NCBI GenBank assembly: GCA_011364965.1
Contig: RDOB01000002.1
Coordinates: 352,001 to 416,000 of the forward strand
DNA length: 64,000 nucleotides
Direction of reading: 5' to 3'
Origin: Candidatus Heimdallarchaeota archaeon
GTDB lineage: Archaea > Asgardarchaeota > Heimdallarchaeia > Hodarchaeales > Hodarchaeaceae
Shown: positions 38,201 to 48,106 of the stretch, piece by piece
Numbering within the stretch: position 1 is the stretch's first letter
Layout: every line of letters begins with the position of its first letter
Notes under the pieces: generated by a model
What the model saw: only the letters and a program-made list of their open reading frames with translations
Databases searched by the model: none
What the model was told of the DNA's origin: nothing
Translations under genes and position numbers: made by a program

Positions 38201-38949
38201 CTACAAATTTACCTGTAAATGCCACAAATGATCTTATTGAGGCCATTGAGCACCAAAATGATCTTCAACCATTATACACCGGAGGAACTATGTTTCATAC
38301 GTTTTTGGGTCAAGAAATTGACTCACGAACATGCACAAATTTAGTAAAACAAATCTCTGAAAAAACTTCACTTCCTTATTTTAGTATCACTCCCACTTTT
38401 TCAATTTGCACAGAACATAATTATATCAAGGGGAAGCATTTTGAGTGTCCTAAATGTGGAAAAGAAACTGAAGTTTACTCTCGAATTGTTGGATACTTTC
38501 GTCCTGTTTCAAAGTGGAATGATGGTAAAACTCAAGAATTTCATGAGAGAAAGGTTTTTGTTATATCAGATTCCCTATTATCAAATAAAGTGAGTAAAGA
38601 AGAACAACCTGAAATTAAAATACCAGAAAGCTCTAATTATCCTAATGATATTAAGAATAGCGGGAAAATTTCTATCTATAACAAAATCCTCGTATTTACT
38701 TCACCCTCCTGTCCAAAATGTGCTCCTTTCAAGTCTATAATCTATCACACATTGGAATCAACATCTATTCATGAAATCAACACTACTACTACAGAGGGGA
38801 TTGCATTAGCTGAAAAATTCATGGTGAGATCAGTACCTACGGCCATTGCGGTTTTAGATGATAAAGAAGTATGTAGATTTTCAAATTATTTAAGTTTGAA
38901 TAAGCTTCTGCCTAGTTTGCAACAAAAAAGTGAACATAATGCTAGTTAG
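35266..38949 (+). CDS. nrdD: Anaerobic (class III) ribonucleoside-triphosphate reductase with ATP cone, intein and C-terminal thioredoxin-like domain (true start may be TTG 35326)
   Basis: IKKRTG...VEQIQD.VE ATP cone; HIHDL; YCAGW; MCCRL; EATPAES; zinc ribbon; glycyl-radical loop YSRIVGYFRP; CPKC...SVPT. Confidence 0.96.
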   Translation: MSLLILKIINHELYLGRDIRLTIQVTQRLIKKRTGQIVVHNPDKLLSAIYRAQQSLGKGDEKLAAAIAKEVDQKLDEEFFSKNIIPDVEQIQDIVEEFLMNWGLFDVAKAYIVYRHERTRIRNKQNVIMDVKETIEQYLGVEEEGRRKDWRVKENANQDFDYPGLNAYISGSHLARYGLYTLYPPEIAEAHVTGHIHIHDLSNSIVGYCAGWSLQLLLQKGFGGVKGRVASSPPKHLDSAINQIITFLGTLQNEFAGAQAFSSVDTLLAPFIRQRFSKSVEKILRQTFSLKANGNVYLLLDLLYGYNKGTNNIETIHKLLENLYPDIIFSTELLNTFLRSFNEEYEENVAFIRQNIQNLIYAVNQTSRWGGQCVTEDTQCLTDNGWKSYDKIDLFRDKIATFNGRTHLIEYLSPQMINVFDYDDQLISIKNRSQDQLVTPNHRVLRKVFNTDRFELIKADKLSNFKTRIQIPNSAVTSSVTEIEDHIVELIAWLVSEGSFSTGPRERVHIYQSANNIKYVRSIRKCLRKNGFKWDEQKRLHGFAEHELIRFRLNQASSRRVRNIINKKKIPKFVKNLSKRQLRLFLETYVQGDGHIDEKGRIRIYTKDEDIKNSLQELCVLARFGSTVNVQSNGVYTINIIRNSITNITKITKKAYSGKVWCPTTTNGTFVARRKDKTFITGNSPFVNLSFDWTIPSDLADQYAIISGKAFSKILYKDCQTEVDIFNRVFIEEMSRGDKHNRVFTFPIPTYSITRNFDWDHPNVDILMKLTSKYGTPYFQNYSGSGLEPSSIRAMCCRLNLNILELKSRPGGMWNIGDSTGSIGVVTINLNRLGYQAVNEDDFFNRLKKYMEISKVSLEIKRKEVSRNLKNGMMAYAREYLPHGFKTYFSTIGLCGMHECCLNFLGEGIETEIGKIFARKVLNFMREVCDEFKNETGNLYNLEATPAESTSFRFAKLDKKYYPTIICSGTIETPFLTNSTNLPVNATNDLIEAIEHQNDLQPLYTGGTMFHTFLGQEIDSRTCTNLVKQISEKTSLPYFSITPTFSICTEHNYIKGKHFECPKCGKETEVYSRIVGYFRPVSKWNDGKTQEFHERKVFVISDSLLSNKVSKEEQPEIKIPESSNYPNDIKNSGKISIYNKILVFTSPSCPKCAPFKSIIYHTLESTSIHEINTTTTEGIALAEKFMVRSVPTAIAVLDDKEVCRFSNYLSLNKLLPSLQQKSEHNAS
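36382..37314 (+). mobile_element. 311-aa intein with LAGLIDADG homing endonuclease in NrdD
   Basis: Junctions GGQ/CVTEDT and FITGN/SPF; block B VTPNHR; LAGLIDADG-like LIAWLVSEGS and FLETYVQGDG; block F YSGKVWCPT. Confidence 0.93.
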
Positions 38950-39670
38950 AGAGCTAAGAATACCATTAGCTGGTTTTGAATCTACTTCATTGATAGACTA
39001 TCCTAATGGAGAACTTTGTTCAGTTATTTTTTTGGGAGGCTGTAATTTCCGCTGTGGATATTGTCATAATCCAGATTTACTGAAACCTCCTGAGAGTTGG
39101 GACTTAATTGAGAATTTAGTACCGAAATTAAATTCCCGAAAAAAGTGGATTCAATCCTTGGTAATTAGTGGTGGGGAACCGTTAATGCACAGAGAATCAT
39201 TAGAGCTCATCAAGATCCTTGTTAATAATGGATTTAAGATTAAAATTGATACCAATGGAAGTTATCCTTCCCAATTAGAATATTTAATCAATAAAAAATT
39301 AATAGATTATGTTGCATTAGATATAAAGACATCCCACGATAATTATGAGGAATTAGCGTTTCGGGGAGCTTTTGAAAAAGTCAAAACTAGTATTGAATTA
39401 CTTAAGTCTTCAACCAATTTAAATTATGAATTCAGAACCACTTTATGCCCAAAATTCATATCTAATGGAGATTTATTAGAAATTTCGAAGTATATCGATG
39501 GTAAAAATTGGTATTGGCAGCAATACAATCCAAGAATCACATTAAATCCTAGCTTTTCAAATCTACAGCCATATTCTAAAGAAAAAATCCTTGAAATGCG
39601 AAGAAAAGTAATGCAGGAATTCAAAGGTAAACTTTTCATTCGCGGCGAACAAATAAATAATTCCTGTTAA
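38930..39670 (+). CDS. nrdG: Anaerobic RNR activating enzyme (radical SAM)
   Basis: GCNFRCGYCHNP, SGGEP, DTNGS and YEFRTT; overlaps the nrdD stop. Confidence 0.94.
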   Translation: MNIMLVRELRIPLAGFESTSLIDYPNGELCSVIFLGGCNFRCGYCHNPDLLKPPESWDLIENLVPKLNSRKKWIQSLVISGGEPLMHRESLELIKILVNNGFKIKIDTNGSYPSQLEYLINKKLIDYVALDIKTSHDNYEELAFRGAFEKVKTSIELLKSSTNLNYEFRTTLCPKFISNGDLLEISKYIDGKNWYWQQYNPRITLNPSFSNLQPYSKEKILEMRRKVMQEFKGKLFIRGEQINNSC

Positions 39671-39701
39671 AGTAATTATCCAATTCATCAGGAGGATTTA
39701 T

Positions 39702-40511
39702 ATGGATTCTGGTCTTCAAGGGAAGCATGCACTCATTACTGGAGCTGCTGGCGGGATTGGATCAACCATTGCAAGATTTCTTGCAAGGGAAGGCTGTATA
39801 CTTTCGCTTCATTATAATAAAGGAGGGACAATATGTAAAAAGTTGATTTCTGGGTTAGAAAATAAAGCTACTTGCTTTCAAGCTGACTTGAGATCCGAAG
39901 AAGATCTGATTGGGTTATTTAAGAATTCAATTGAGAAATATGGGAGAATTGATATATTGGTAATTAATCATGGAATATGGCCAGAAGATTATATTCCTAT
40001 TCTGGAAATGAGTTCTGAACAGTGGGATAATACGATCAGTATTAATTTGAGATCTGCTTTTTTATGTTGTCGTGAGTTCATGAAGAATCTTGAGTTTTTT
40101 ACAGATGATTATGCCAGTATTGTACTAATTGGATCTACCGCTGCTGTATTCGGTGAGGCTGGACATGCTGATTACTCTATTTCGAAGTCTGGGATGCGAG
40201 GACTGATGCTTTCGTGCAAAAATGAAATTATACATGTTGCTTCTCGTGGTAGAGTTAATATGGTGTCACCTGGATGGACTATTTCTCCGATGACTGAGCA
40301 ATTTATGGACAATAAAGACGGGATTCGTAATGTCTTACAAACTGTACCGTTGAGGAAAATTGCACGATCAGATGATATTGCGGAAACGGTGGTGTTTCTA
40401 TCATCTTCCCTACTTGCTGGTCATATCACGGGCCAAGAGATTGTTGTTGCAGGTGGTATGGAGGGGAGAAAGTTATTTGAACCAGAAGAAATTAATATAA
40501 ACAAAATTTAG
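39702..40511 (+). CDS. Short-chain dehydrogenase/reductase
   Basis: TGAAGGIG, catalytic YSISK and SPG motifs. Confidence 0.93.
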   Translation: MDSGLQGKHALITGAAGGIGSTIARFLAREGCILSLHYNKGGTICKKLISGLENKATCFQADLRSEEDLIGLFKNSIEKYGRIDILVINHGIWPEDYIPILEMSSEQWDNTISINLRSAFLCCREFMKNLEFFTDDYASIVLIGSTAAVFGEAGHADYSISKSGMRGLMLSCKNEIIHVASRGRVNMVSPGWTISPMTEQFMDNKDGIRNVLQTVPLRKIARSDDIAETVVFLSSSLLAGHITGQEIVVAGGMEGRKLFEPEEININKI

Positions 40512-40525
40512 ATATTGTTGAATCT

Positions 40526-43195
40526 TCAAGAAACCAACTCTTTCGTTACAACCGGTAAGTCAAGTTTCAGTCCATTATAAACAGCTGGAACCTGTGACAG
40601 TAATACAACAGCCAACACAGCTGCGCATAAGACTATCCATGTCCCAGATTGGATAATAATTTCGAAATAAAATGTTCTGAGGATATTATCAAGCAGCCAT
40701 TTCGAAACTGATATTCCCCATGGAATTCCGACTATAATCCCAAATATTGCTTGAATTAGGTTTTCGACACTCATCATTAACAGAAACTCGTTATCTGAGA
40801 TTCCTAGTGTGAGCATTGTAGCTATTTCTCGCAAGCGTTCTTGAAAATTTACATATATTGTAGTAAAAATTGCTAAAGCAGCTAGGGCGCAAGAAAATAA
40901 AAGAAAAATACCAATAACAGCATTAAATGCTGCCATCATCATATTCACAGCATTTCGAAAATCATGACCATATTCTACAGATCGTATTCCTTCTATCTTC
41001 CCAATCTCTTCAGTTATTTGGTCTAACAAGGTGACATTATTGGGTTCGGTAACCTTAACAATGATCTGTGAGTAAGGGGATAAATCTATGTTAAAGGATT
41101 CTTTAAACTGGTTTAATTTAAATCGTGATGTTATTGTGTCCATTGTGGTGTGAACCATTGTGTCCCAAATTTCTTTACTTACACCAGAAATACTGATATT
41201 CGATCTGCGTAATCTAATTTCCCTAGATTGCTCAGAGAATGAAATTGATTCAGTGTTTGCCTCAATTAAATTTCCAAGGTATCGAAGTGTTTCATTTCTT
41301 GCTCTTTCAAGGCCATATGATGACCAAGAAGTCCAAACAATAGAAGCGGTGGTATAAGCAAGATCGACATCAGGGATACGTGGGTAAGTAAAGGTTATTA
41401 TGTCACCTGTATATAGGTTCAGCTGATTAGCTAATGCGGAGCATATAACTAATCTATCGGAGGAGAGATTATCCATAGGAGAAGCCCAGTTAAATTTATG
41501 TGCATTAGGACTACTTGAATTCCAAGCTGTGATTAAAACTTCTTTTTGATACCCTTCTTTTTCAATAAATGATGGTATTTGAAAAACTGGCTCTGCAGTA
41601 ACTATACCTGAAATTTTCTTTATATTTAATAAATCATTTTTTACGCCAAGGTCAGCAAATTTAATATCATCAAATTTAATTATTACATCGTAGTCTGAAA
41701 TCTCTGTGAATTGTTTATTTACCCCTAAACTTACAGATTCAATGAAAGCTATTGCTACGACTAAGATCATAACTGCTGCAGCTATAGCTATAACAGTAGC
41801 TGATGAACGAACTTTCTTCCTGAAGAGATTGCGAAGTGGAATCGTTAATAACAAACCAAAAGGATTAACCCTTAAAATTTTTTCTAAAACCGATTTTGAA
41901 CCTTTATGCGTGTTTATATTAATGTGAAGGGCTTCTCTTGGTTCTAACTGGCTAGCTCTCCACGAAGGAATTATTCCACTAATAACGCTCACAGTAATTC
42001 CGATTAGTGATGCGAAAAGCATTACATGCACTTGTGGTTGGATATCAACAATTTGAGGGAATCGCAAGAAATATGCATATACCCAAGTAATTAATCCTGA
42101 AATAATTGAACCGAAGATAACTCCTAAAATACTCCCAGTACTTCCTATAATAAATGAGAAGGTTACAAAATGTAATAAAATGTCGCTTTGTAAGTACCCA
42201 AGACAAGAAGCCAAACCTATTGTTCGTTTTTGGCTTTGAACTAATCTTCCTGATGTTATATATATTGATACTGCAGCAACACCTAATATGATGACTGGTA
42301 GTATCAATGCAATTTCTTCAAAAGTCTCCAAATCTAAATGCAATGCTAAATTCGAAACTTGGTTTTCTTGCATAACAGGGGGAGAGAAAGCTCCTTGGGT
42401 ATAATCATTTAAAAGGGTATGAAAATCCCCAATTATTTGGTTTCTAATTTGCAGATCTATACCATCTTGCATTTTTATGAGAATATTGTTAGCTTGGTTT
42501 GAATGGTTTGAAAACTGTTGTAACTGCTCAATTGGAAGATATATGACCCCGAAAATGCTCGTAGGTAGAAAATCATATTTTGAGGGAATTACTATAAGAT
42601 AGTCAGGGCTGTATACAATAGCTTGTATGCGAAATAAATATGTTTGATTACAAATTTTAGTATTCAGCTTAGAATTTGGTTTCAATCTGAATTTTTGAGC
42701 GAAGTGTGATTCAAGAAAGACCAAATCACTGGAACTATCTTCCAAAGGTCCTGAACCCTGATCGTAAATGAAACCATTAATCAATTCATCAACCTGTAAA
42801 CTAGTATCGATCCCAATTGCTCTTCCACTCAGTAAGTAGCTTCTTGAGCTATCCTGAGAGCTAAGGTTGTAACCTGTATCAGTAATAAGCCGAAAATTTA
42901 TACTGTCTATTTCGGGGTGATTAGTAGTAAAATTATCGACCACTTCTTGAATCTCTGTCGTATTAAACCATACATCATTTAGAGTATTTATTTCACTGTC
43001 CGCAAAATTTGTTTCTCTATAGATACGAGCATAAGAATATTCAAGGTTAGTAAACCCCATATATAATGCGACGAAAGAACCAGTTCCTGATAAGCATAAC
43101 AGAATTAACGCAAAAAATAACAATTTCTGATTTAAGATGTCTCTTATGCTTTTCTTAATCCACAATCGCGATAGGAACTTCATTGAAAAAACCAC
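40526..43195 (-). CDS. MacB/FtsX-family ABC transporter permease (duplicated architecture)
   Basis: Two repeats of TM, large extracellular domain and 3 TM; ERLREIATMLTLG and PSWRASQLEPREAL motifs. Confidence 0.9.
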   Translation of the reverse strand: MVFSMKFLSRLWIKKSIRDILNQKLLFFALILLCLSGTGSFVALYMGFTNLEYSYARIYRETNFADSEINTLNDVWFNTTEIQEVVDNFTTNHPEIDSINFRLITDTGYNLSSQDSSRSYLLSGRAIGIDTSLQVDELINGFIYDQGSGPLEDSSSDLVFLESHFAQKFRLKPNSKLNTKICNQTYLFRIQAIVYSPDYLIVIPSKYDFLPTSIFGVIYLPIEQLQQFSNHSNQANNILIKMQDGIDLQIRNQIIGDFHTLLNDYTQGAFSPPVMQENQVSNLALHLDLETFEEIALILPVIILGVAAVSIYITSGRLVQSQKRTIGLASCLGYLQSDILLHFVTFSFIIGSTGSILGVIFGSIISGLITWVYAYFLRFPQIVDIQPQVHVMLFASLIGITVSVISGIIPSWRASQLEPREALHININTHKGSKSVLEKILRVNPFGLLLTIPLRNLFRKKVRSSATVIAIAAAVMILVVAIAFIESVSLGVNKQFTEISDYDVIIKFDDIKFADLGVKNDLLNIKKISGIVTAEPVFQIPSFIEKEGYQKEVLITAWNSSSPNAHKFNWASPMDNLSSDRLVICSALANQLNLYTGDIITFTYPRIPDVDLAYTTASIVWTSWSSYGLERARNETLRYLGNLIEANTESISFSEQSREIRLRRSNISISGVSKEIWDTMVHTTMDTITSRFKLNQFKESFNIDLSPYSQIIVKVTEPNNVTLLDQITEEIGKIEGIRSVEYGHDFRNAVNMMMAAFNAVIGIFLLFSCALAALAIFTTIYVNFQERLREIATMLTLGISDNEFLLMMSVENLIQAIFGIIVGIPWGISVSKWLLDNILRTFYFEIIIQSGTWIVLCAAVLAVVLLSQVPAVYNGLKLDLPVVTKELVS

Positions 43196-43960
43196 TTACC
43201 AAACCAGGTTCTCTACATCAATAGGTTCTTTCTGCTCAAATTGAGTAATTTTTCCCATTTGGATTGTCAAAATTAGATCTGCAATTCTAGAAATTTGTCT
43301 ATTATGAGTAGCAATAATAAATGTTTTCGATGTCTCCTTATTTAGTTGTTTCATCAGTTTTAAGACAGAAATTCCCGTTTGATAATCCAAATTACCTGTT
43401 GGTTCATCCGCAACTATGATAGGAGGATTTTTTGCTAGAGCTCTTGCAATTGCTACTCTCTGTTGCTCTCCTCCTGATAATTGAGAGGGAAAATGATCTG
43501 CACGATCTCTCAAGCCCACTTTATCGAGCCAGTTCATTGCTACATCTTTGATTAGAATTTTATCATATGATGGTTCACCAAAAGCTTGAGGTATACCAAT
43601 TAAATCTAGTGAAAATTCCACATTTTCTAAAGCAGTCAGTGTGGGTAGTAGGTTGAAGAACTGGAATATGAATCCAACTTTTTTCCTTCTGAAAATTGCT
43701 CTCTGTTTACGATTCAAGAAAGTAATATCAACATTGTCAATGAAAATTTTTCCTGCTGTAGGAACATCAATCGAACTAATTAAATTTAATAAAGAAGTCT
43801 TTCCAGATCCAGAGGGTCCAAGAATGACGACAAACCTGCCTGGTTCAATGTCTAGTGTTAAATTCTGTAGAGCTTTTACGATAACTTCTCCCATTTGATA
43901 TTCCTTGGTTATTCCTTGAAGAGAAATTAATGGCAAATGCAATTTAACACTCCTTTTCAT
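43196..43960 (-). CDS. LolD/MacB-type ABC ATPase
   Basis: GPSGSGKT, GFIFQFFNL, LSGGEQQRVAIARA and DEPTGNLD motifs. Confidence 0.96.
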   Translation of the reverse strand: MKRSVKLHLPLISLQGITKEYQMGEVIVKALQNLTLDIEPGRFVVILGPSGSGKTSLLNLISSIDVPTAGKIFIDNVDITFLNRKQRAIFRRKKVGFIFQFFNLLPTLTALENVEFSLDLIGIPQAFGEPSYDKILIKDVAMNWLDKVGLRDRADHFPSQLSGGEQQRVAIARALAKNPPIIVADEPTGNLDYQTGISVLKLMKQLNKETSKTFIIATHNRQISRIADLILTIQMGKITQFEQKEPIDVENLVW

Positions 43961-44040
43961 ATCTACTATACTGTAGTTCCTAACAGTGTATTTATAATAT
44001 CTTGACCTTGCGTTTAAATAAATCGCTATGAGTTGATCTT

Positions 44041-44229
44041 ATGACAGAAATTAAATCATTTAAATTGGAAGTCAATGGGAAGAAGATTAGTGCTAAAAGA
44101 TTCGTGCAGGAATTTATTGGAAATTCCTTATTGGGTCAAATACAGACCTTAAGATTGAAAGATCCTACTATAGAAAGAATATATGTCGAAATAGAGTTTG
44201 GGGAAGCAGCCATTCGAGAGAAAGAGTAA
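44041..44229 (+). CDS. Small protein resembling the C-terminal module of archaeal MobB-like proteins
   Basis: LEVNGKKI...FVQEFI.N...G....L pattern; recognised from memory only. Confidence 0.5.
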   Translation: MTEIKSFKLEVNGKKISAKRFVQEFIGNSLLGQIQTLRLKDPTIERIYVEIEFGEAAIREKE

Positions 44230-44317
44230 CAAAAAAAGGAGAAAAAGGAATTTAGAATTTGTTATAGTTTATGGAAAAGCGAATTTAGATTTAAAGCAGT
44301 TGGGAACATGATTTTCT

Positions 44318-44686
44318 TTAATAGGATGGATTTGGGGGAGATTGATAGGGATTTTCCTCAACTATAATTGCTAGAAGTATATAAACCAGAAATCCTGCAC
44401 CATAAACCATTGAAAAAAGAATAAATCCTATTCTGACAAGAATTGGGTCAATATCAAAATATTCTCCAAGTCCACCACAAACACCTGAAATCCATCGATC
44501 ATTTCGACTGCGGTAATATCTTTTAGGCCCAGTAGGTTGCTTATTATATGATTTTGTCCCCCCTAAGACGGGTTTAGAACCTTCAATTTCTATTTGCTTG
44601 TCTTTCGTCGTCAATTGGGCTCCACAGTTATTACAGAACATATCTTCATTATTAACTGATTCTCCGCATTTATCGCAAAAAGGCAT
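44318..44686 (-). CDS. Zinc-ribbon plus PspC domain protein
   Basis: CDKCG...FCNNCG; RSRNDRWISGVCGGLGEYFDIDP.LVR PspC signature. Confidence 0.92.
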   Translation of the reverse strand: MPFCDKCGESVNNEDMFCNNCGAQLTTKDKQIEIEGSKPVLGGTKSYNKQPTGPKRYYRSRNDRWISGVCGGLGEYFDIDPILVRIGFILFSMVYGAGFLVYILLAIIVEENPYQSPPNPSY

Positions 44687-45011
44687 AGATTAATTCCTCA
44701 CTAATTTTCATACTTTTCCTAATTTCTTAATAGATTATATAGGCTAAATGAGTTTAGCATCTATTTCTTATTAAATTTTACTTACCAGTACCATATTGGA
44801 GTATAGGAATGAATAATCAGATTCAGGTGATCCTTAGCGTTTTTCTTTTTCTATTATTATTGGTTAAATCAATAATTATATTTAAATTAATAGATACTAC
44901 GTCTTAAAGGTGTAGAAAAAGAACCCTATTTTATTATTAACTTTTACAATGCCATGATTCAATATATTTAGATTACATTATTTAATGAAATTGAGGATTT
45001 GTTTTAATCCT

Positions 45012-45614
45012 CTAAAGTCTTTTTTCATATATTACGAAAGGATAGGTTTGTTCTGGGGCATGTTCAAGGACTAATTCTTTTAAATCTTCTTGTTCAATGT
45101 TTCCAATTAGTAAATTTGGTGTTATGCCAAATGGTAAATCCTCCACGTATTTATCAAAGAAATCTGTCGTTAGATAAATTTGATAATACTGCTTAACTTT
45201 TGTAAAGTGTAGTGAGTTTAAAAAAGTACTTAAAACAGAGTCTTCCTTTATCCAAATCTCTAATTTCTCTAATGCATAATCTTCTTTGATAATCTTAATA
45301 CATTCTTCGAAGAGTTTAGTTGCTATTCCTTGACGACGGGATTTTGGATGAACACCAACAAATGAAATCAATCCTCCTTTTCCAATCCCGTTGTAACAAA
45401 ATTGCCCTTCCTCTCTTTCGATTTCAACGTCAAGAAATCCAAGGATTTCATCGTATTGAATTGCAACTAGCTCTATTGACGGGTTGTCATATCGGGGTTT
45501 GATTTGTATCATTTCGTCATAATATTGAGAGTGAAAATAAGCAAACATGTAGCAATTTAACCAGTCCTTCTCCATCGCTTGGGTATACTTATGGATCTTT
45601 AGCATTTCATTCAT
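45012..45614 (-). CDS. GNAT family N-acetyltransferase
   Basis: VHPKSRRQGIATKL acetyl-CoA binding motif A. Confidence 0.88.
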   Translation of the reverse strand: MNEMLKIHKYTQAMEKDWLNCYMFAYFHSQYYDEMIQIKPRYDNPSIELVAIQYDEILGFLDVEIEREEGQFCYNGIGKGGLISFVGVHPKSRRQGIATKLFEECIKIIKEDYALEKLEIWIKEDSVLSTFLNSLHFTKVKQYYQIYLTTDFFDKYVEDLPFGITPNLLIGNIEQEDLKELVLEHAPEQTYPFVIYEKRL

Positions 45615-45862
45615 CTTTTGAAAAGTTGATGGAATTCATTTTCTTCTGAAACTCGAATTTTTAACCATTTTAATTTCTCCATGCTGCAAGGAAAATCTTC
45701 TATTTTACCAGCACATTTATTACAAAGAAATTTTGACCAGTTATTTTCAGGACAAGAAATCTTCCAAAAAGAACGAACCTTTACTGCATTAGACTTAATC
45801 AATTTCAATCCACAAATATAACAAACTTGACTTTCAGGCATAAACGTTCCGCTAAATCTCAA
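45611..45862 (-). CDS. Small putative zinc-finger protein
   Basis: CYIC...CNKC; overlaps both neighbouring genes. Confidence 0.6.
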   Translation of the reverse strand: MRFSGTFMPESQVCYICGLKLIKSNAVKVRSFWKISCPENNWSKFLCNKCAGKIEDFPCSMEKLKWLKIRVSEENEFHQLFKR

Positions 45863-47963
45863 TATTGGCTAATAATTCTTTGATTACGACTAGAACATCG
45901 TTTAAAGCCCCTGTGATAAATTTCATCGATCCAACTATTTCATGTCCCCCACCTTCTACCGCTGCGAATGGTACTCGCTTTTCACACTCTTTTACGAGGT
46001 TTGGAAAATCTAATTTCACATTCTGAGATCTAAAAATAGCAAAATCTGGCCCTAATCCAATCACTACTAAAGGTTTATTATCATTGGTTTTTGCTAAATG
46101 ATCAAACAATGAACCAGTTATTTTCCCCGGAGGAGGATAATCAAATCTACTTGTGTATTTTTCAACATCCAGAACTGAAAGTTGAATACCATTTCTAAGT
46201 CTCTCTTGTTGAACATATTCGAGAGAAATTTGAAGTTGACTTTCAAGGAGCTTTTTCGCTTCAGTTGCTAATAAATTTACAAATTTTAATTGTTTATCTT
46301 GTGTGTTGGTTGATAAACCCAGAAGATCACATAGCAGTAGTCTACCTGGAGAAAATTTAAGAAAATAAGCTTGATAATCAACTGCAATTGCGATATCATG
46401 TAAAAATTCATCTGAATATCCTCGATCCAACGCGAATTTCATGTATTGATCCATCTCCTTTCCTTCAACTCTATCACCTTTTCCAGCTATCGCAGCAATA
46501 TGTTTGATTCTATCAGTAATCCCAACATTAACAAATCGCGCTAATTCAACTCCTAGCATACCCGTACAAATGTTATAATCTCCACCTGCATAATAAACAT
46601 TAAGATGAGCATCAATGATTTCTTGTATCGAAGGAGTAGGGAAATGATGGTCCACGACCAAGATTTCAATCCCATAAGTCTTAAGGAGCTTATAAGAAAA
46701 TAGACTCTCATTACTACTACCTGTGTCCAACATGATCACAAGAGGTAGCTTATCACCAAATCGCTGTTGATCTTCTAGAGCGAAATTAAGATCTCGAACA
46801 ACATCCAAAGGATCATAAAATGGTGGTTTATTTACTGTTCTTTTTATTATATGGCGCGTTTTTTCCTCATCTAAATCCCCGTATAATTCAACCCAGAATT
46901 CCCGCATTGATTCTTCTAAAGAAATTCCTGCAGAAATTCCATCGCAATCATTATGATGCCTGATAATGATTGGTTGCAATTCTATCAAAGCTCTTCTAAT
47001 TCTCTTAGCAACCTGTAGAAATTTAGGTTTCAGTGTTGAATAAATATCTGAAACAACAAGAAAATCTATATCTGGAGGTTGACTTTTTTGATCAATAAAA
47101 ATTTCCATTCGGTTTTTAAATGCGTTTGCATATGCGTCCTCTACGACAAATATATCAGCTAATTCTATTTGTTCAACCCCACGATGACTTGAAAATTCCC
47201 CAATTACTTCAACGATATCACCAATGTTAATGCTTTCGATATAATCTAATCTGAAACCAGCAGCTTCAATTATTCCAGTTTCGTCGGCTAATGTGAATAT
47301 TTTTGGGCCTTTGGGTATTTGTCTAATATTTTCTACTTTTGCTTGAATTGTAATAAACGTACCGATATCTCTTTTAGAATTAATCTTCTGAAATGCTACG
47401 GGGTCATGGGATCTCTTCACTCTGAATTCAGACGGATTTATAATATCAATTGATTGAAATTCCAGTTTTCCTCCCTTTTTATTTATCAGTTTTACATATT
47501 GTATATCACCTTCACTCCCTCGAAAATTCTTATTACGTATTAACCCCTCAACCTTCTCTGCTAGTTTTACAAAATAACCAAAATCCACTATACTTACAAC
47601 TTGAGCTTTGTAAATTCTATTGAACTCTATTGTATTAATAGTTGCTGGAGATATTAGCTGATAAATTATATTTTTCGTGCTGCAGTCTAAGCAGAGATCT
47701 TCATTCTTTTTAGTTGATTTTCCACAGATTATACATTTGGTTTCTTGAATCCCTGTACCTCCGCAATCAGGGCAATTTTTTACCTTTTCATTTGTGATAC
47801 TACCAGATCCAGAGCACTCAGAGCATTTATCTTTGTCAGTTGGCTTGGAACCGATTATAATTTTAGTTGAACCCATTCCTCTGCACTTTGGGCATTTTAA
47901 CTGGTTTTTAGTTATTATTTTTCCCGTTCCTTGACAGTTGGGGCATTTTAATTTTGAACTCAT
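45852..47963 (-). CDS. Archaeal RecJ-like DHH exonuclease with DnaJ-type Zn finger, S1 and OB folds (COG1107)
   Basis: CxxCxGxG x4, FGYFV S1, OB fold, HHNDCDG, DHH and GGGH motifs. Confidence 0.92.
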   Translation of the reverse strand: MSSKLKCPNCQGTGKIITKNQLKCPKCRGMGSTKIIIGSKPTDKDKCSECSGSGSITNEKVKNCPDCGGTGIQETKCIICGKSTKKNEDLCLDCSTKNIIYQLISPATINTIEFNRIYKAQVVSIVDFGYFVKLAEKVEGLIRNKNFRGSEGDIQYVKLINKKGGKLEFQSIDIINPSEFRVKRSHDPVAFQKINSKRDIGTFITIQAKVENIRQIPKGPKIFTLADETGIIEAAGFRLDYIESINIGDIVEVIGEFSSHRGVEQIELADIFVVEDAYANAFKNRMEIFIDQKSQPPDIDFLVVSDIYSTLKPKFLQVAKRIRRALIELQPIIIRHHNDCDGISAGISLEESMREFWVELYGDLDEEKTRHIIKRTVNKPPFYDPLDVVRDLNFALEDQQRFGDKLPLVIMLDTGSSNESLFSYKLLKTYGIEILVVDHHFPTPSIQEIIDAHLNVYYAGGDYNICTGMLGVELARFVNVGITDRIKHIAAIAGKGDRVEGKEMDQYMKFALDRGYSDEFLHDIAIAVDYQAYFLKFSPGRLLLCDLLGLSTNTQDKQLKFVNLLATEAKKLLESQLQISLEYVQQERLRNGIQLSVLDVEKYTSRFDYPPPGKITGSLFDHLAKTNDNKPLVVIGLGPDFAIFRSQNVKLDFPNLVKECEKRVPFAAVEGGGHEIVGSMKFITGALNDVLVVIKELLANIEI

Positions 47964-48106
47964 TTTCCAAACTCTCTACGAATCATTCTGCTCTTTATAT
48001 CATGATTTTGAATATTGATATTTATGCTTGAATCAAAGTAAGAAAGTAAGTCAAGAGAAAAAGATATACTTTTTATTTTAATACAGCAAGTATTCCATAA
48101 CAAGGA

